NCBI GenBank assembly: GCA_902617805.1
Contig: CACMYF010000002.1
Location: 5,889-69,888 of the forward strand
Source: an uncultured Pelagibacteraceae bacterium
GTDB lineage: Bacteria > Pseudomonadota > Alphaproteobacteria > Pelagibacterales > Pelagibacteraceae
Direction: 5' to 3'
Length of the DNA: 64,000 nucleotides
Positions 50,501-60,443 of this stretch are shown piece after piece (within the stretch, counting starts at the first letter, position 1; each line of letters opens with the position of its first letter). The notes below the pieces were generated by a model. That model worked only from the letters and a program-made list of their open reading frames with translations. It made no database searches and had not been told where the DNA came from. A program made the translations under genes and the position numbers.

Positions 50501-50609
50501 CGGATTAAGTATTTTGGCAAAAGAGCAGCTTATAACTTCTAAATATGCAAAAGATGCAATGAAGAAGTATAATATTGACAGTAGCAAACCAATGCCAACG
50601 AAATTATAA
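47571..50609 (+). CDS. aceE: Pyruvate dehydrogenase E1, homodimeric AceE type, with N-terminal lipoyl domain
   Basis: Lipoyl motif IESDKSSVEIP, then DIDPLETQDW, FPTVSMGLGP, GDGEMDEPES. Confidence 0.96.
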   Translation: MSEKLLVPDIGDFENVEVIEILVKPGDQIKENDPIVTIESDKSSVEIPSTIAGKVDSLAVKVGDKVSKGDLLLNLTSSPKTSSESTLPKDTENIIKQAEEAMAEKKEEDKIISEPIIEKKQSTIQVVNGTDIDPLETQDWLESLSAVISKDGNQRAHFLIKELINKAYREGANIPYTQNTPYINTIPPEAEVKSSGDQNIERRIRSLIRWNAAAMVVRANKKHPELGGHIGTFASAATLYDVGMNHFWRAKNNKFGGDLIYFQGHSAPGMYARAFLEGRLNEKQLDSFRQEVKPGGLSSYPHPWLMPKFWQFPTVSMGLGPMLAIYQARYMKYLINRGLIKDEGRKVWAFLGDGEMDEPESMGAIGLAARENLDNLIFVVNCNLQRLDGPVRGNGKIIQELEGSFRGSGWNVIKVIWGSYWDSLIANDKTGQLVKIMNETVDGEYQAMKARDGAYVREKFFGKSPETLELVSSMSDKDIWRLNRGGHDPHKVFAAYDKATKNKGSPTVIIAKTIKGYGMGKSGESVNTTHQTKKLDVDDLMYYRDRFDVPLTDEQVRNIEYFKPDEKSPEIKYLKERRIKLGGFLPERSTFAKPIKAPTKDIFDFMKVSTGEKEMSTTMALVRMLTNLLRDKNISPRLVPIIPDEARTFGMEGFFQKIGIYAHEGQKYEPEDAAQLSSYREDKSGQVLEEGINEAGAMSSWIAAATAYTNHDIEMIPIYIFYSMFGFQRIGDLAWAAGDSQARGFLVGATAGRTTLAGEGLQHQDGHSHLIASTIPNCVTYDPTFHYELAVIFREGLRRMHEKNENIFYYITTMNENYSHPEMPKDKNCEEGILKGMYKIKEFNKYKKTKIQLLGSGTILREMMSAAEILQNDYQIDSEIWSVTSFNELRKDGMEVERYNLLNPDKEPKKSYVEQCLGQTEGPIMAASDYMRMNSDQIRSYTNKSFYSLGADGFGRSDTRKNLRKFFEVDKEHLVAYGLSILAKEQLITSKYAKDAMKKYNIDSSKPMPTKL

Positions 50610-51872
50610 ATGTCAGAAACTGAGATTAAAGTACCTAATATTGGAGATTTCAAAGATGTAGAGGTAATTGAGGTATTAGTTTCTGAAGGTCAATCAATTA
50701 AAAAAAATGATGCTCTAATAACAATCGAAAGTGACAAATCTAGCGTAGAAATACCATCAAATTTAGAAGGTAAAATTAAAAATTTAAAAATAAAAGTAGG
50801 AGACAAAGTTTCTGAGGGCGACTTAATTTTAACTATAGAAAGTGATTTAAAAGTTAAAAAGGAAGAGGTTAAAGAAAAACTAGAAATTGAAAAAGAGCCA
50901 AAAAATATTGAGGTAATAAAACCTGAAATCCAAGAAAAAACTTTTTCTAAAAATAATATTTCAGACATTTCATCTGCAAGTCCAAAAGCTAGAAAATTTG
51001 CTAGAGAACTTGGTGTAGATATTAATCAAGTAGCCGGGAGCCAGAAAGATGGCAGAGTTATTGAAGATGATATTAAAAAATTTGTTTCATCTAACTCAAA
51101 AACCACAGTTGTAGCAAAAGATACAAAACCAGATAAAATTAAAAACGAATTTGAACATTCTGATTTTGGTGAAATAGAAATTAAAGACATACCAAGAGTA
51201 AAAAAATTATCATCAAAATATCTTACAAATTCATGGACAACAATTCCTCATGTTACAAATCACGATGAAGCCGACATAACGGAGATGGAAAGTTTTAGAA
51301 GTTCATTAACAGATATGTATACTGGAGAAAAAATTAAAATTACACCTCTAGCATTTATAATAAAGGCTTTAGTTGCATCTCTTAAGAAATTTCCTAGTTT
51401 TAATTCTTCTATCGACGAAATTGAGACTGGAAAAATGACTTTAAAAAAATATTACCATATTGGGATAGCAGTTGACACACCAAATGGACTAATGGTTCCA
51501 AAAATAAGAAATGCAAATAACAAAAAAATTTCTCTCATAAGTAAAGAATTAAAAGAGGTAAGTGAACTTTGCAGAAATTTAAAAATTGATAAAAAAGAAT
51601 TGTTTGGTGGCTCGATGACGATTACGAGTTTAGGTGGTATAGGAGGTTCATTTTTTACCCCTATAATTAATTATCCTGAAGTTGCTATATTAGGAGTAGG
51701 AAGATCAGAAAAAAAACAAATTTTTATGAATGGTAAGTTTCAAACCAGGACTATGCTCCCAATTTCTTTATCTTATGATCACAGAATTATTGATGGTGCA
51801 GAAGCAGCTAGGTTTAATAATGATCTAAAAGAAAACTTAGGCAAAAATTTTGCTTATAAACTAGCTGTCTAA
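50610..51872 (+). CDS. aceF: Dihydrolipoamide acetyltransferase E2 (one lipoyl domain)
   Basis: IESDKSSVEIP, ASPKARKFARELG, SYDHRIIDGA. Confidence 0.94.
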   Translation: MSETEIKVPNIGDFKDVEVIEVLVSEGQSIKKNDALITIESDKSSVEIPSNLEGKIKNLKIKVGDKVSEGDLILTIESDLKVKKEEVKEKLEIEKEPKNIEVIKPEIQEKTFSKNNISDISSASPKARKFARELGVDINQVAGSQKDGRVIEDDIKKFVSSNSKTTVVAKDTKPDKIKNEFEHSDFGEIEIKDIPRVKKLSSKYLTNSWTTIPHVTNHDEADITEMESFRSSLTDMYTGEKIKITPLAFIIKALVASLKKFPSFNSSIDEIETGKMTLKKYYHIGIAVDTPNGLMVPKIRNANNKKISLISKELKEVSELCRNLKIDKKELFGGSMTITSLGGIGGSFFTPIINYPEVAILGVGRSEKKQIFMNGKFQTRTMLPISLSYDHRIIDGAEAARFNNDLKENLGKNFAYKLAV

Positions 51873-51878
51873 TTAAAA

Positions 51879-52772
51879 ATGAGTAAATCCATATCATTAT
51901 TTAGTGCCTTATTATGCACTTTCATTTGGGGAACAACTTTTATTGCCCAAGACACAGGCATGGATAATATTGGCCCTTTTACATTTAATGCCGTGAGGTT
52001 TTTTGTTGGTTTTTTAGCCATAACTCCACTTTTGATTTTATTTGAATTAAAAAATTTTAAATCAGAATTTAAATTAGATAAAAAAACTTTCATAATTTAT
52101 TCATTGTTAATTGGAATTTCTTTATTTTTAGGCTCTGCACTTCAACAAGTTGCTTTGCTTTATACGGATGTTGCAAATGCTGCCTTTTTTACAATTTTTT
52201 ATGTGCCAATGGTACCGATTATCATTTTTTTGTTTGGTAAAAAATCAATGCATTGGAGTGTATGGCCTTCTGTAGTTCTATGTTTAATTGGAGGATATTT
52301 ATTAACAAATTTTCATGATGCAACAGTAAGATTAGGAGATACTTTAGTTGTTCTAGGAGCTTTATTTTGGAGCACTCATATTATTTTTACTGGGATCATT
52401 ATAACTAAATACAATCTTCCACTTACCTTAGGAGCTGCACAGACTTTAATTGTGGCTATTTTTTCATTTATAATTGGAATTATTTATGAAGAATTTATTT
52501 TAAGTAATATTTTAATGGAAATTTATTCAATTTTATATGCAGGTATATTATCAGGCGGATTTGCATTTGTATTACAAATTTATGCCCAGCGTAATATTAC
52601 TCCAGCGCCTGCAGCTATAATTTTTTCTCTTGAAGGTGTATTTGCGACTATAGCTGCTTGGTTTATTTTAAATCAAATTCTAGATGTTAATAATTTACTT
52701 GGATGCTTTTTTATTCTATGTGGAGTTCTCTTATCTCAATTACTCCCTTTAATTAAGAAGAAGTATACTTAA
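51879..52772 (+). CDS. DMT/EamA family transporter
   Basis: IWGTTF, RF, about ten hydrophobic segments, AAIIFSLEGVFA. Confidence 0.87.
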   Translation: MSKSISLFSALLCTFIWGTTFIAQDTGMDNIGPFTFNAVRFFVGFLAITPLLILFELKNFKSEFKLDKKTFIIYSLLIGISLFLGSALQQVALLYTDVANAAFFTIFYVPMVPIIIFLFGKKSMHWSVWPSVVLCLIGGYLLTNFHDATVRLGDTLVVLGALFWSTHIIFTGIIITKYNLPLTLGAAQTLIVAIFSFIIGIIYEEFILSNILMEIYSILYAGILSGGFAFVLQIYAQRNITPAPAAIIFSLEGVFATIAAWFILNQILDVNNLLGCFFILCGVLLSQLLPLIKKKYT

Positions 52773-53533
52773 TAAACTAAACTAAATAAAATCAAAGCAA
52801 TTATTATTCTATAAATTACAAACGCATTCATTGAGAATTTATTTATATAAATTAAAAAAAATTTAACTGTCAGAAAAGAAAAAATAAAAGAAGATATAAC
52901 TGCGATAACAACTAAGTAATTAAATTGTATCGATTGTTCAAAAACATCTTTTAAGCTTAAGACACTAGCTCCAGCCAATGCTGGGATTGAAAGTAAAAAA
53001 GATATCTTACTTGAATCTACTCTATTAAATTTTAAAATTCTCGCAGCTGTTATAGTGATTCCTGCCCTACTCACTCCAGGCACAAGAGAGAAAATTTGGA
53101 AAATACCTATAAATATTATTGACTGAAAATTTAAATTTGATGAAATTTTTTTATCAAATCGATTTTTGTCTGAGATGTACAAAATAATTGCAAATATTAA
53201 AGTAGTCCAAGCAATGACCTCTAAACTTCTTAACTGATAAATTAAATTTGTACTATAAAGTATGTATCCAACAATTATTAATGGAATAGACCCCAATACA
53301 ATTAAATTTAAAATTCTTTTATTTTTTCTGATATCAAACAGCTCATCTTTAAAAAAATAAATTATTGCTATTAGTGACCCTAGATGGAGGCTGATATCAA
53401 TAAGCAAAGAACTAGATTTAAATTCATATAAAGTAGAAACCAAAATTAAATGAGCAGATGAACTAATAGGAAGAAATTCCGATATTCCTTGAATTGCTGA
53501 GAGAATTAAAATTTCTATAATATTTTGAAACAT
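52769..53533 (-). CDS. uppP: Undecaprenyl-diphosphate phosphatase
   Basis: QGISEFLPISSSAH, PGVSRAGITI, SFLLSIP. Confidence 0.95.
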   Translation of the reverse strand: MFQNIIEILILSAIQGISEFLPISSSAHLILVSTLYEFKSSSLLIDISLHLGSLIAIIYFFKDELFDIRKNKRILNLIVLGSIPLIIVGYILYSTNLIYQLRSLEVIAWTTLIFAIILYISDKNRFDKKISSNLNFQSIIFIGIFQIFSLVPGVSRAGITITAARILKFNRVDSSKISFLLSIPALAGASVLSLKDVFEQSIQFNYLVVIAVISSFIFSFLTVKFFLIYINKFSMNAFVIYRIIIALILFSLVY

Positions 53534-53640
53534 CGTTTCTACGTAACTTATAAAGTATTTATTTAAAACAATTCGATTTGAACATAGTAGCTATGCATTT
53601 ATTAGAAACTTATTTATTTATGGGAGTAATTGATAAAATA

Positions 53641-53659
53641 AGGTCAATGTATATGACCT
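53641..53659. promoter_or_regulatory. Palindrome upstream of gltD (candidate operator)
   Basis: AGGTCA-N7-TGACCT. Confidence 0.4.
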
Positions 53660-53716
53660 ATTTTTGGCTTTATTTATATAATTCAATATATAATTTGCCA
53701 AAAATTATAAAATATT

Positions 53717-55156
53717 ATGCCAGATAAAATGCTTAAATTCGTTAAAATAGGTCAACAAACTCCACCTAAAAGAGAAGTTGATAAAAGAAAGCAAGATTTT
53801 AATGAAATTTATGATGAATATATAAGTGAAAAAGCTAAGGAACAGTCAAGCAGGTGTTCTCAGTGTGGAGTACCTTTTTGCCAAGTTCACTGTCCTTTAA
53901 GCAATAATATTCCAGATTGGTTGAAATTGACAGCAGAGGGACGATTAAAAGAAGCTTATGAATTGTCACAAAGCACAAATAATATGCCTGAAGTATGTGG
54001 CCGAATTTGTCCTCAAGATAGATTGTGTGAAGGAAATTGTGTTATAGAACAGTCTGGTCATGGGACAGTAACTATAGGATCAGTAGAAAAATATATTACT
54101 GATAACGCTTGGGCTCAGGGTTGGGTAAAACCAATTCAAGTTACAAATGAAAAAAATCAAAGCGTAGGAATTATAGGAGCAGGTCCTGCTGGATTAGCTG
54201 CCGCAGAACAATTAAGAAAAAATGGGTATAAAATTACTGTCTACGATAGATATGATAGAGCAGGAGGATTATTAATTTATGGAATTCCAAATTTTAAATT
54301 AGAAAAAGAAGTTGTAGAGCGAAGAACAAAACTTTTAAAGGATGGAGGAATTGAATTTGTTCAAAATTTTGAAGTTGGCAAGGATGCAAGCCTAGACCAA
54401 TTGAGAAAAAAACATGATGCAATTTTAATTGCAACAGGAGTTTATAAAGCAAGAGAAGTAAACTTACCTGGAAATGATCTTGATAATATTTTTCCTGCTA
54501 TGGATTTTTTAACAGCATCTAATAAAAAAGGTCTAGGAGATGATGTTGAGCTGTTTGATAAAGGAATTTTAAATGCGGAAGGTAAAGATATTGTTGTAAT
54601 TGGTGGAGGTGACACAGCAATGGATTGTGTAAGAACTTCTATAAGACAGAAGGCAAAATCTGTTAAATGTTTGTATAGAAGAGATAAAGAAAATATGCCA
54701 GGATCTGCTAGAGAAGTTGCAAATGCTGAAGAAGAAGGTGTTGAGTTTGTTTGGCTATCAAGCCCTAAAGAATTTAAAGGTACAAATAAAGTAGAAAAAA
54801 TAATTGTAGATCAAATTAAATTAGGTGATCCAGACGAGACAGGAAGAAGAAAGCCACAAGTACAAGAAGGCTCAAGTTACGAAACAAAAGCAGATATGGT
54901 TATCAAAGCACTAGGTTTTGATCCTGAGGATATACCAAATTTATTTGATAGTAGTGAATTACAAGTAACAAAGTGGGGAACTATTAAAACAGATTTTGAT
55001 ACTATGGAAACAAATATAAAAGGGGTGTTTGCTGCTGGTGATATAGTTAGAGGAGCTTCATTAGTTGTTTGGGCGATAAAAGATGGAAGAGATGCAGCGG
55101 CTTCAATTAAAACTTATCTTGAGAGTAAATCTAAAGTAGAAAAAAGAGTGGCTTAA
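53717..55156 (+). CDS. gltD: Glutamate synthase small subunit
   Basis: RCSQCGVPFC, CGRICPQDRLCEGNC, GAGPAG, GGGDTAMDC. Confidence 0.97.
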   Translation: MPDKMLKFVKIGQQTPPKREVDKRKQDFNEIYDEYISEKAKEQSSRCSQCGVPFCQVHCPLSNNIPDWLKLTAEGRLKEAYELSQSTNNMPEVCGRICPQDRLCEGNCVIEQSGHGTVTIGSVEKYITDNAWAQGWVKPIQVTNEKNQSVGIIGAGPAGLAAAEQLRKNGYKITVYDRYDRAGGLLIYGIPNFKLEKEVVERRTKLLKDGGIEFVQNFEVGKDASLDQLRKKHDAILIATGVYKAREVNLPGNDLDNIFPAMDFLTASNKKGLGDDVELFDKGILNAEGKDIVVIGGGDTAMDCVRTSIRQKAKSVKCLYRRDKENMPGSAREVANAEEEGVEFVWLSSPKEFKGTNKVEKIIVDQIKLGDPDETGRRKPQVQEGSSYETKADMVIKALGFDPEDIPNLFDSSELQVTKWGTIKTDFDTMETNIKGVFAAGDIVRGASLVVWAIKDGRDAAASIKTYLESKSKVEKRVA

Positions 55157-58100
55157 TGGAAAACTATAAAAAGAACCTTCACCTTTTAAAAGAAAATAAT
55201 GTTTATTCAGAAGATATGGAGCATGATGCTTGTGGAGTTGGCATAATAGCATCAACTGAAGGTAAAAAATCTCGTAAAGTTGTAGAATATGGTATTGAAG
55301 CGTTAAAAGCTGTTTGGCATAGAGGCGCTGTAGATGCCGATGGTAAAACAGGTGATGGAGCTGGAATTCATGTTGAAATACCAAAAGATTTCTTCATTGA
55401 AAAGATAGAAGTGACAGGACACACACATGATAATTCTGAAATATGTGTGGGCATGATATTTCTGCCTCGGAATGATTACGCAGCACAAGAAAGTTGCAAA
55501 ACTATTGTTGAAAGTGAATTAACAAAAAATGATTTTAATATTTACGGCTGGAGACAAGTTCCAGTTAATCCAAAAGTTTTAGGAGAAAAGGCATTCCAAA
55601 CAATGCCTGAAATTATCCAGGTATTGTTTAAACCTTATAATCCAGAATTAACAAATAAAGATTTAGAAAGAAAAATTTACGAAACTAGAAGAAAGATAGA
55701 AAACGAAGCTTTTAAAAAATCTTTAAACAATTTTTATATTTGTTCATTGAGCTCTAAGTCTATCATTTACAAGGGGATGTTTTTAGCTGAAGCTATTTCA
55801 GATTTCTACCTTGATTTAAAAGATGAGAGATTTGTTTCAAGGTTTGCTATTTTTCATCAAAGATTTTCAACAAACACAGCACCTAGCTGGAATTTAGCTC
55901 AACCCTTTAGAGCTATAGCGCATAATGGAGAAATTAATACTTATAGAGGAAATAAAAATTGGATGAAAGTTCATGAACAAGAGATGAACAGTCCCCTTTT
56001 CGACGATATTGAAAACTTAAAACCTGTTATACAACAGGGAGCATCAGACTCTGCTGCATTAGACAATGTTTTTGAATTATTAAATATATCTGGTCAGCCC
56101 GCTCCTTTGGCGAAGCTTATGTTAGTTCCAGATGCATGGTCTAAAAAAAATAAAACTCTTCCAAAAGATCATCAACAATTATTTAATTTTTTAAATAGTA
56201 CTATGGAGCCATGGGATGGACCGGCAGCTATTGCTGGAACTGATAATGAGTGGGTTATAGCTGCAAATGATAGAAATGGATTAAGACCTTTAAGATACGC
56301 AATCACAAAAGATAAATTATTATTTGCAGGTTCTGAAACAGGAATGATTGAATTAAATGAAAAAAGAATTTTGTCAAAGGGAAGATTGGGTCCTGGGGAA
56401 ATAATTGGAGTTAGAATAGAAAAAGGAAAAGTATTTACTAACAAGCAAATAAAAGATTATTTAGCTAAAGAATATAAACACTTTAATTCTCAAATTATCG
56501 ATCTAGATGATGAGTTAACTATTTCAGATGAAAAAAATTCTTTTTCGGGAGATGATTTAAGAAGAAGACAATATACTTTTGGAATAAGTTTAGAAGACCT
56601 TGAGCTCATACTGCATCCCATGGCAGAAGATGCTAAAGAAGCAACTGGTTCTATGGGCGACGATACACCATTGGCTGTTTTGTCAGACAGGTATAGACCG
56701 TTATACCATTTTTTTAGACAGAATTTTAGCCAAGTCACAAACCCACCAATAGACTCTTTGAGAGAAAACAAGGTTATGAGCTTGAAAACAAGATTTGGAA
56801 ATCTTGGAAATATTTTAAATTTTGATAATTTAACAAAGCAAAATATTTATGTTTTAAATAGTCCAATATTATCAAATTCTCAGTTTGAAAAATTTATAAA
56901 TTTTTTTGGGAATAATTCATCCATAATTGATTGTACTTTTTCTGAGGAAGAAACTTTATTTGACTCAATTAAAAAAATTCAAAAAGAAGCTGAAATTGCA
57001 GTAAGACAGGGAGTTACTCAATTGATTTTAAGTGACAAAGAGCTTTCTAACTCAAAACTTCCAATACCAATGCTTTTAGCAGTTGGATCAATTAATTCAT
57101 TCCTCATTGAAAAAAAACTAAGAGGATATGTATCAATAAATGTTCAATCTGGAGAGGCTTTAGATACACACTCTTTTGCAACCTTAATAGGAGTTGGAGC
57201 AACTACTGTAAATCCATATTTAGCATTTGATAGCTTATTTCAGCGTCATGAAAAGAAATTATTTGGTAAATTTAGCTTTGATGAATGTGTGGAGAGATAC
57301 ATAAAATCAGTAAACGCAGGTCTATTAAAAATTATGTCTAAGATGGGTATTTCAGTTCTAAGTTCTTATAGAGGTGGATGCAACTTCGAAACCGTAGGTT
57401 TAAGCAGAACAATTGTTGCAGATTATTTTCCAGGAGTTGTATCTAAAATTTCAGGTATTGGACTTACGGGTATAGAGAAAAAAATTCGAGAGATTCATAA
57501 AGAGGCATTTGAAAGTTCTGAAACTATTTTGCCGATTGGTGGTATATACAGATATCGTAAAAATGGTGAAACACATCAATATCAGGGAAAATTAATTCAT
57601 TTACTTCAAAGTGCTGTTGGATCTAATTCCTATGATGCTTATAAAAGATATGCAGATGGTATTTATAGTTTACCACCAATAAATCTCAGAGATTTAATTG
57701 ATTTTAGAGAAAAAAAATTAAGTGGACCAATAGATATTTCTGAGGTTGAGCCAATAGAAAATATTTTAAAAAGATTTGGAAGTGGGAGCATGTCTCATGG
57801 AGCTTTGTCGAAAGAGGCACATGAAACTTTGGCAACTGGTATGAATCGGATCAAAGGAGCTTCATGTAGCGGAGAGGGCGGTGAAGATGCAAGTAGATTT
57901 AAAGTTTTAGATAATGGTGACAGTGCAAACTCAAGAGTTAAACAAATAGCTTCTGCAAGATTCGGAGTTACAGTTAATTATCTTAATAATTGTAATGAGA
58001 TAGAAATTAAAATTGCACAAGGTGCTAAACCTGGTGAGGGAGGTCAGCTACCAGGATTTAAAGTTACAGAGGAGATTGCTAAACTTAGACATTCAACTCC

Positions 58101-59661
58101 CGGGGTAACTTTAATATCACCACCACCACATCACGATATTTATTCAATCGAAGATCTTGCACAACTAATTTATGATTTGAAACAAATAAATCCTAAAGCA
58201 AGAATTGGAGTTAAGCTTGTTGCATCCTCTGGAGTAGGAACAATTGCAGCTGGTGTAGCTAAAGCAAAAGCAGATATAATATTAATTTCTGGACATAATG
58301 GTGGAACAGGAGCAACACCACAGACTAGTGTTAAGTATGTTGGAATACCATGGGAAATGGGGTTGACGGAAGCAAATCAAGTATTAACTTTAAATAATCT
58401 TAGACATAAAGTTACATTAAGAACAGACGGTGGAATTAAAACTGGAAGAGATGTGGTGATAGCTGCAATGATGGGTGCTGAAGAATATGGTGTTGCTACT
58501 ACAGCATTAGTTGCAATGGGATGTATAATGGTAAGGCAGTGTCATTCAAATACATGTCCTGTAGGAGTTTGCACTCAAGATAAAAAGCTCAGAGAGAAAT
58601 TTACTGGAACTCCAGAAAAAGTAGTTAATTTGTTCACATTTATAGCCAGTGAAGTAAGAGAAATATTAGCAAGTTTAGGTTTTAAATCATTAAATGAAGT
58701 GATTGGTAGGACAGACTTGTTAAAACAGGTTAGTAAGGGTTCTCCAAATTTAGACGATTTAGATTTAAATCCTTTATTTGTTCAAGCTGATACTGGAAAT
58801 AATCCGAGGTATTGTGAGGTTCAAGAAATAAATAATGTACCAGATACTCTTGACCAAGAAATTTGGCCAGAAATTGAACAAGCTTTAGATAAATCTGAAA
58901 AAATTGAAAAAGAATATCAAATAAAAAATACTCACAGGGCAGTAGGCACAAGAATTTCTCATCATTTGTATAAAAAATATGGTTATGAAAAACTTGATGA
59001 AAACTTTTTAGTTTTAAATTTTAAAGGATCAGCAGGTCAATCATTTGGTGCATTTTCCTCTAAAGGCTTAAAACTTGTATTAAAGGGAGATGCAAATGAT
59101 TATGTTGGTAAAGGTTTGTCAGGAGCTACTATTTCAATAAAATTACCTGAAGAGAGTAATTTAATTTCAAATGAGAATACAATTTTAGGAAATACTGTTC
59201 TTTACGGAGCTACTTCAGGAAAACTTTTTGCTGCTGGTCAAGCTGGTGAAAGATTTTCAGTTAGAAATTCTGGTGCAGTTACAGTAATTGAAGGATGCGA
59301 TTCTAATGGATGTGAATATATGACTGGTGGAATTGTAGCAATTTTAGGAGATGTTGGTGATAATTTTGCAGCTGGTATGACAGGTGGAATGGCTTTTATA
59401 TATGATAAGTCTCAACAATTTGAAAAGAAAGTAAATCCCGAGTCAGTTGTTTGGCAAAATGTAGAGACAGATTATTGGAAAGAATATTTAAAAAATTTAG
59501 TAAGTGAACACTTTAAAGAAACTGAGTCTCAATTGTCGAAAAAAATAATTGAAAACTTTGAGGATGAAGTAAATAATTTTATTCAGGTGTGTCCTAAAGA
59601 AATGTTGGATAAATTAAAAAATCCAATTACTTTAAATAAAGATATAAAAAAAGTTAGTTAA
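55156..59661 (+). CDS. gltB: Glutamate synthase large subunit
   Basis: HDACGVG, HQRFSTNT, KIAQGAKPGEGGQLPG, CHSNTCPVG. Confidence 0.99.
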   Translation: MENYKKNLHLLKENNVYSEDMEHDACGVGIIASTEGKKSRKVVEYGIEALKAVWHRGAVDADGKTGDGAGIHVEIPKDFFIEKIEVTGHTHDNSEICVGMIFLPRNDYAAQESCKTIVESELTKNDFNIYGWRQVPVNPKVLGEKAFQTMPEIIQVLFKPYNPELTNKDLERKIYETRRKIENEAFKKSLNNFYICSLSSKSIIYKGMFLAEAISDFYLDLKDERFVSRFAIFHQRFSTNTAPSWNLAQPFRAIAHNGEINTYRGNKNWMKVHEQEMNSPLFDDIENLKPVIQQGASDSAALDNVFELLNISGQPAPLAKLMLVPDAWSKKNKTLPKDHQQLFNFLNSTMEPWDGPAAIAGTDNEWVIAANDRNGLRPLRYAITKDKLLFAGSETGMIELNEKRILSKGRLGPGEIIGVRIEKGKVFTNKQIKDYLAKEYKHFNSQIIDLDDELTISDEKNSFSGDDLRRRQYTFGISLEDLELILHPMAEDAKEATGSMGDDTPLAVLSDRYRPLYHFFRQNFSQVTNPPIDSLRENKVMSLKTRFGNLGNILNFDNLTKQNIYVLNSPILSNSQFEKFINFFGNNSSIIDCTFSEEETLFDSIKKIQKEAEIAVRQGVTQLILSDKELSNSKLPIPMLLAVGSINSFLIEKKLRGYVSINVQSGEALDTHSFATLIGVGATTVNPYLAFDSLFQRHEKKLFGKFSFDECVERYIKSVNAGLLKIMSKMGISVLSSYRGGCNFETVGLSRTIVADYFPGVVSKISGIGLTGIEKKIREIHKEAFESSETILPIGGIYRYRKNGETHQYQGKLIHLLQSAVGSNSYDAYKRYADGIYSLPPINLRDLIDFREKKLSGPIDISEVEPIENILKRFGSGSMSHGALSKEAHETLATGMNRIKGASCSGEGGEDASRFKVLDNGDSANSRVKQIASARFGVTVNYLNNCNEIEIKIAQGAKPGEGGQLPGFKVTEEIAKLRHSTPGVTLISPPPHHDIYSIEDLAQLIYDLKQINPKARIGVKLVASSGVGTIAAGVAKAKADIILISGHNGGTGATPQTSVKYVGIPWEMGLTEANQVLTLNNLRHKVTLRTDGGIKTGRDVVIAAMMGAEEYGVATTALVAMGCIMVRQCHSNTCPVGVCTQDKKLREKFTGTPEKVVNLFTFIASEVREILASLGFKSLNEVIGRTDLLKQVSKGSPNLDDLDLNPLFVQADTGNNPRYCEVQEINNVPDTLDQEIWPEIEQALDKSEKIEKEYQIKNTHRAVGTRISHHLYKKYGYEKLDENFLVLNFKGSAGQSFGAFSSKGLKLVLKGDANDYVGKGLSGATISIKLPEESNLISNENTILGNTVLYGATSGKLFAAGQAGERFSVRNSGAVTVIEGCDSNGCEYMTGGIVAILGDVGDNFAAGMTGGMAFIYDKSQQFEKKVNPESVVWQNVETDYWKEYLKNLVSEHFKETESQLSKKIIENFEDEVNNFIQVCPKEMLDKLKNPITLNKDIKKVS

Positions 59662-60401
59662 ATTAATAATTTAAGCTCTTTTAAAATTATATTTAACCAT
59701 TTTTTATTTGATAAACTATGATCACCTTTTTTTATAATATTTAATTTTTTCTTTGCTTTTGGAAATAATCTTAAAACTTTTCTTGAATATGAGACAGGAA
59801 CTGCCTCATCTTTTTCACCATGTACCATTGTTACTTTAATATTTGAATTTATTTTCTTATTTAAGACTTTGTTTTTTCTTCCATCTTTAATTAATTGTAG
59901 AGTAATTGGATATTCATAATTGCCATGTTTTAATTGATAAATACCCTTGCGTATTGTTTCCTCTTTCATTTTTTTAGTAAATTTTTTCCACATTAAATTT
60001 TCTAAAAATTCAGGAGCAGCCCCTATTCCTAAAAATCCTTTAATCTGTTTTTTGAAAATTTTGAATTGATTAAGCGAAATCCATGCACCCATACTTGAAC
60101 CAATTAGCACAAATTCTTTTTTTTTTACATATTTCCTAATTAGAATTGAAGTCTCTTTACTCCATTTTGAAATATTTCCATTTACAAATTTTCCAGAAGA
60201 TTTCCCATGACCAGAGTATTCTAGCGCCAAAAAACTTATTTTATTTTTTTTAGCAAATTTCAAAAACGCATTTGGTTTTTTTCCTTCAAGATCTGACATA
60301 AAGCCATGTAAAAAAACTATAAAAGAACTATTTTTAAAAATTTTAGAAATATGTCTAATTTTCTTTGTATTTGATATTTGATGAAATCTGAAATTTGCCA
60401 T
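59658..60401 (-). CDS. Alpha/beta hydrolase
   Basis: HGFMSD, GHGKSSG, GSSMG, GDHSLS. Confidence 0.88.
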   Translation of the reverse strand: MANFRFHQISNTKKIRHISKIFKNSSFIVFLHGFMSDLEGKKPNAFLKFAKKNKISFLALEYSGHGKSSGKFVNGNISKWSKETSILIRKYVKKKEFVLIGSSMGAWISLNQFKIFKKQIKGFLGIGAAPEFLENLMWKKFTKKMKEETIRKGIYQLKHGNYEYPITLQLIKDGRKNKVLNKKINSNIKVTMVHGEKDEAVPVSYSRKVLRLFPKAKKKLNIIKKGDHSLSNKKWLNIILKELKLLI

Positions 60402-60443
60402 AATCGTTTATAAGTTTTGTCTATTAATATATAATCATATCAA

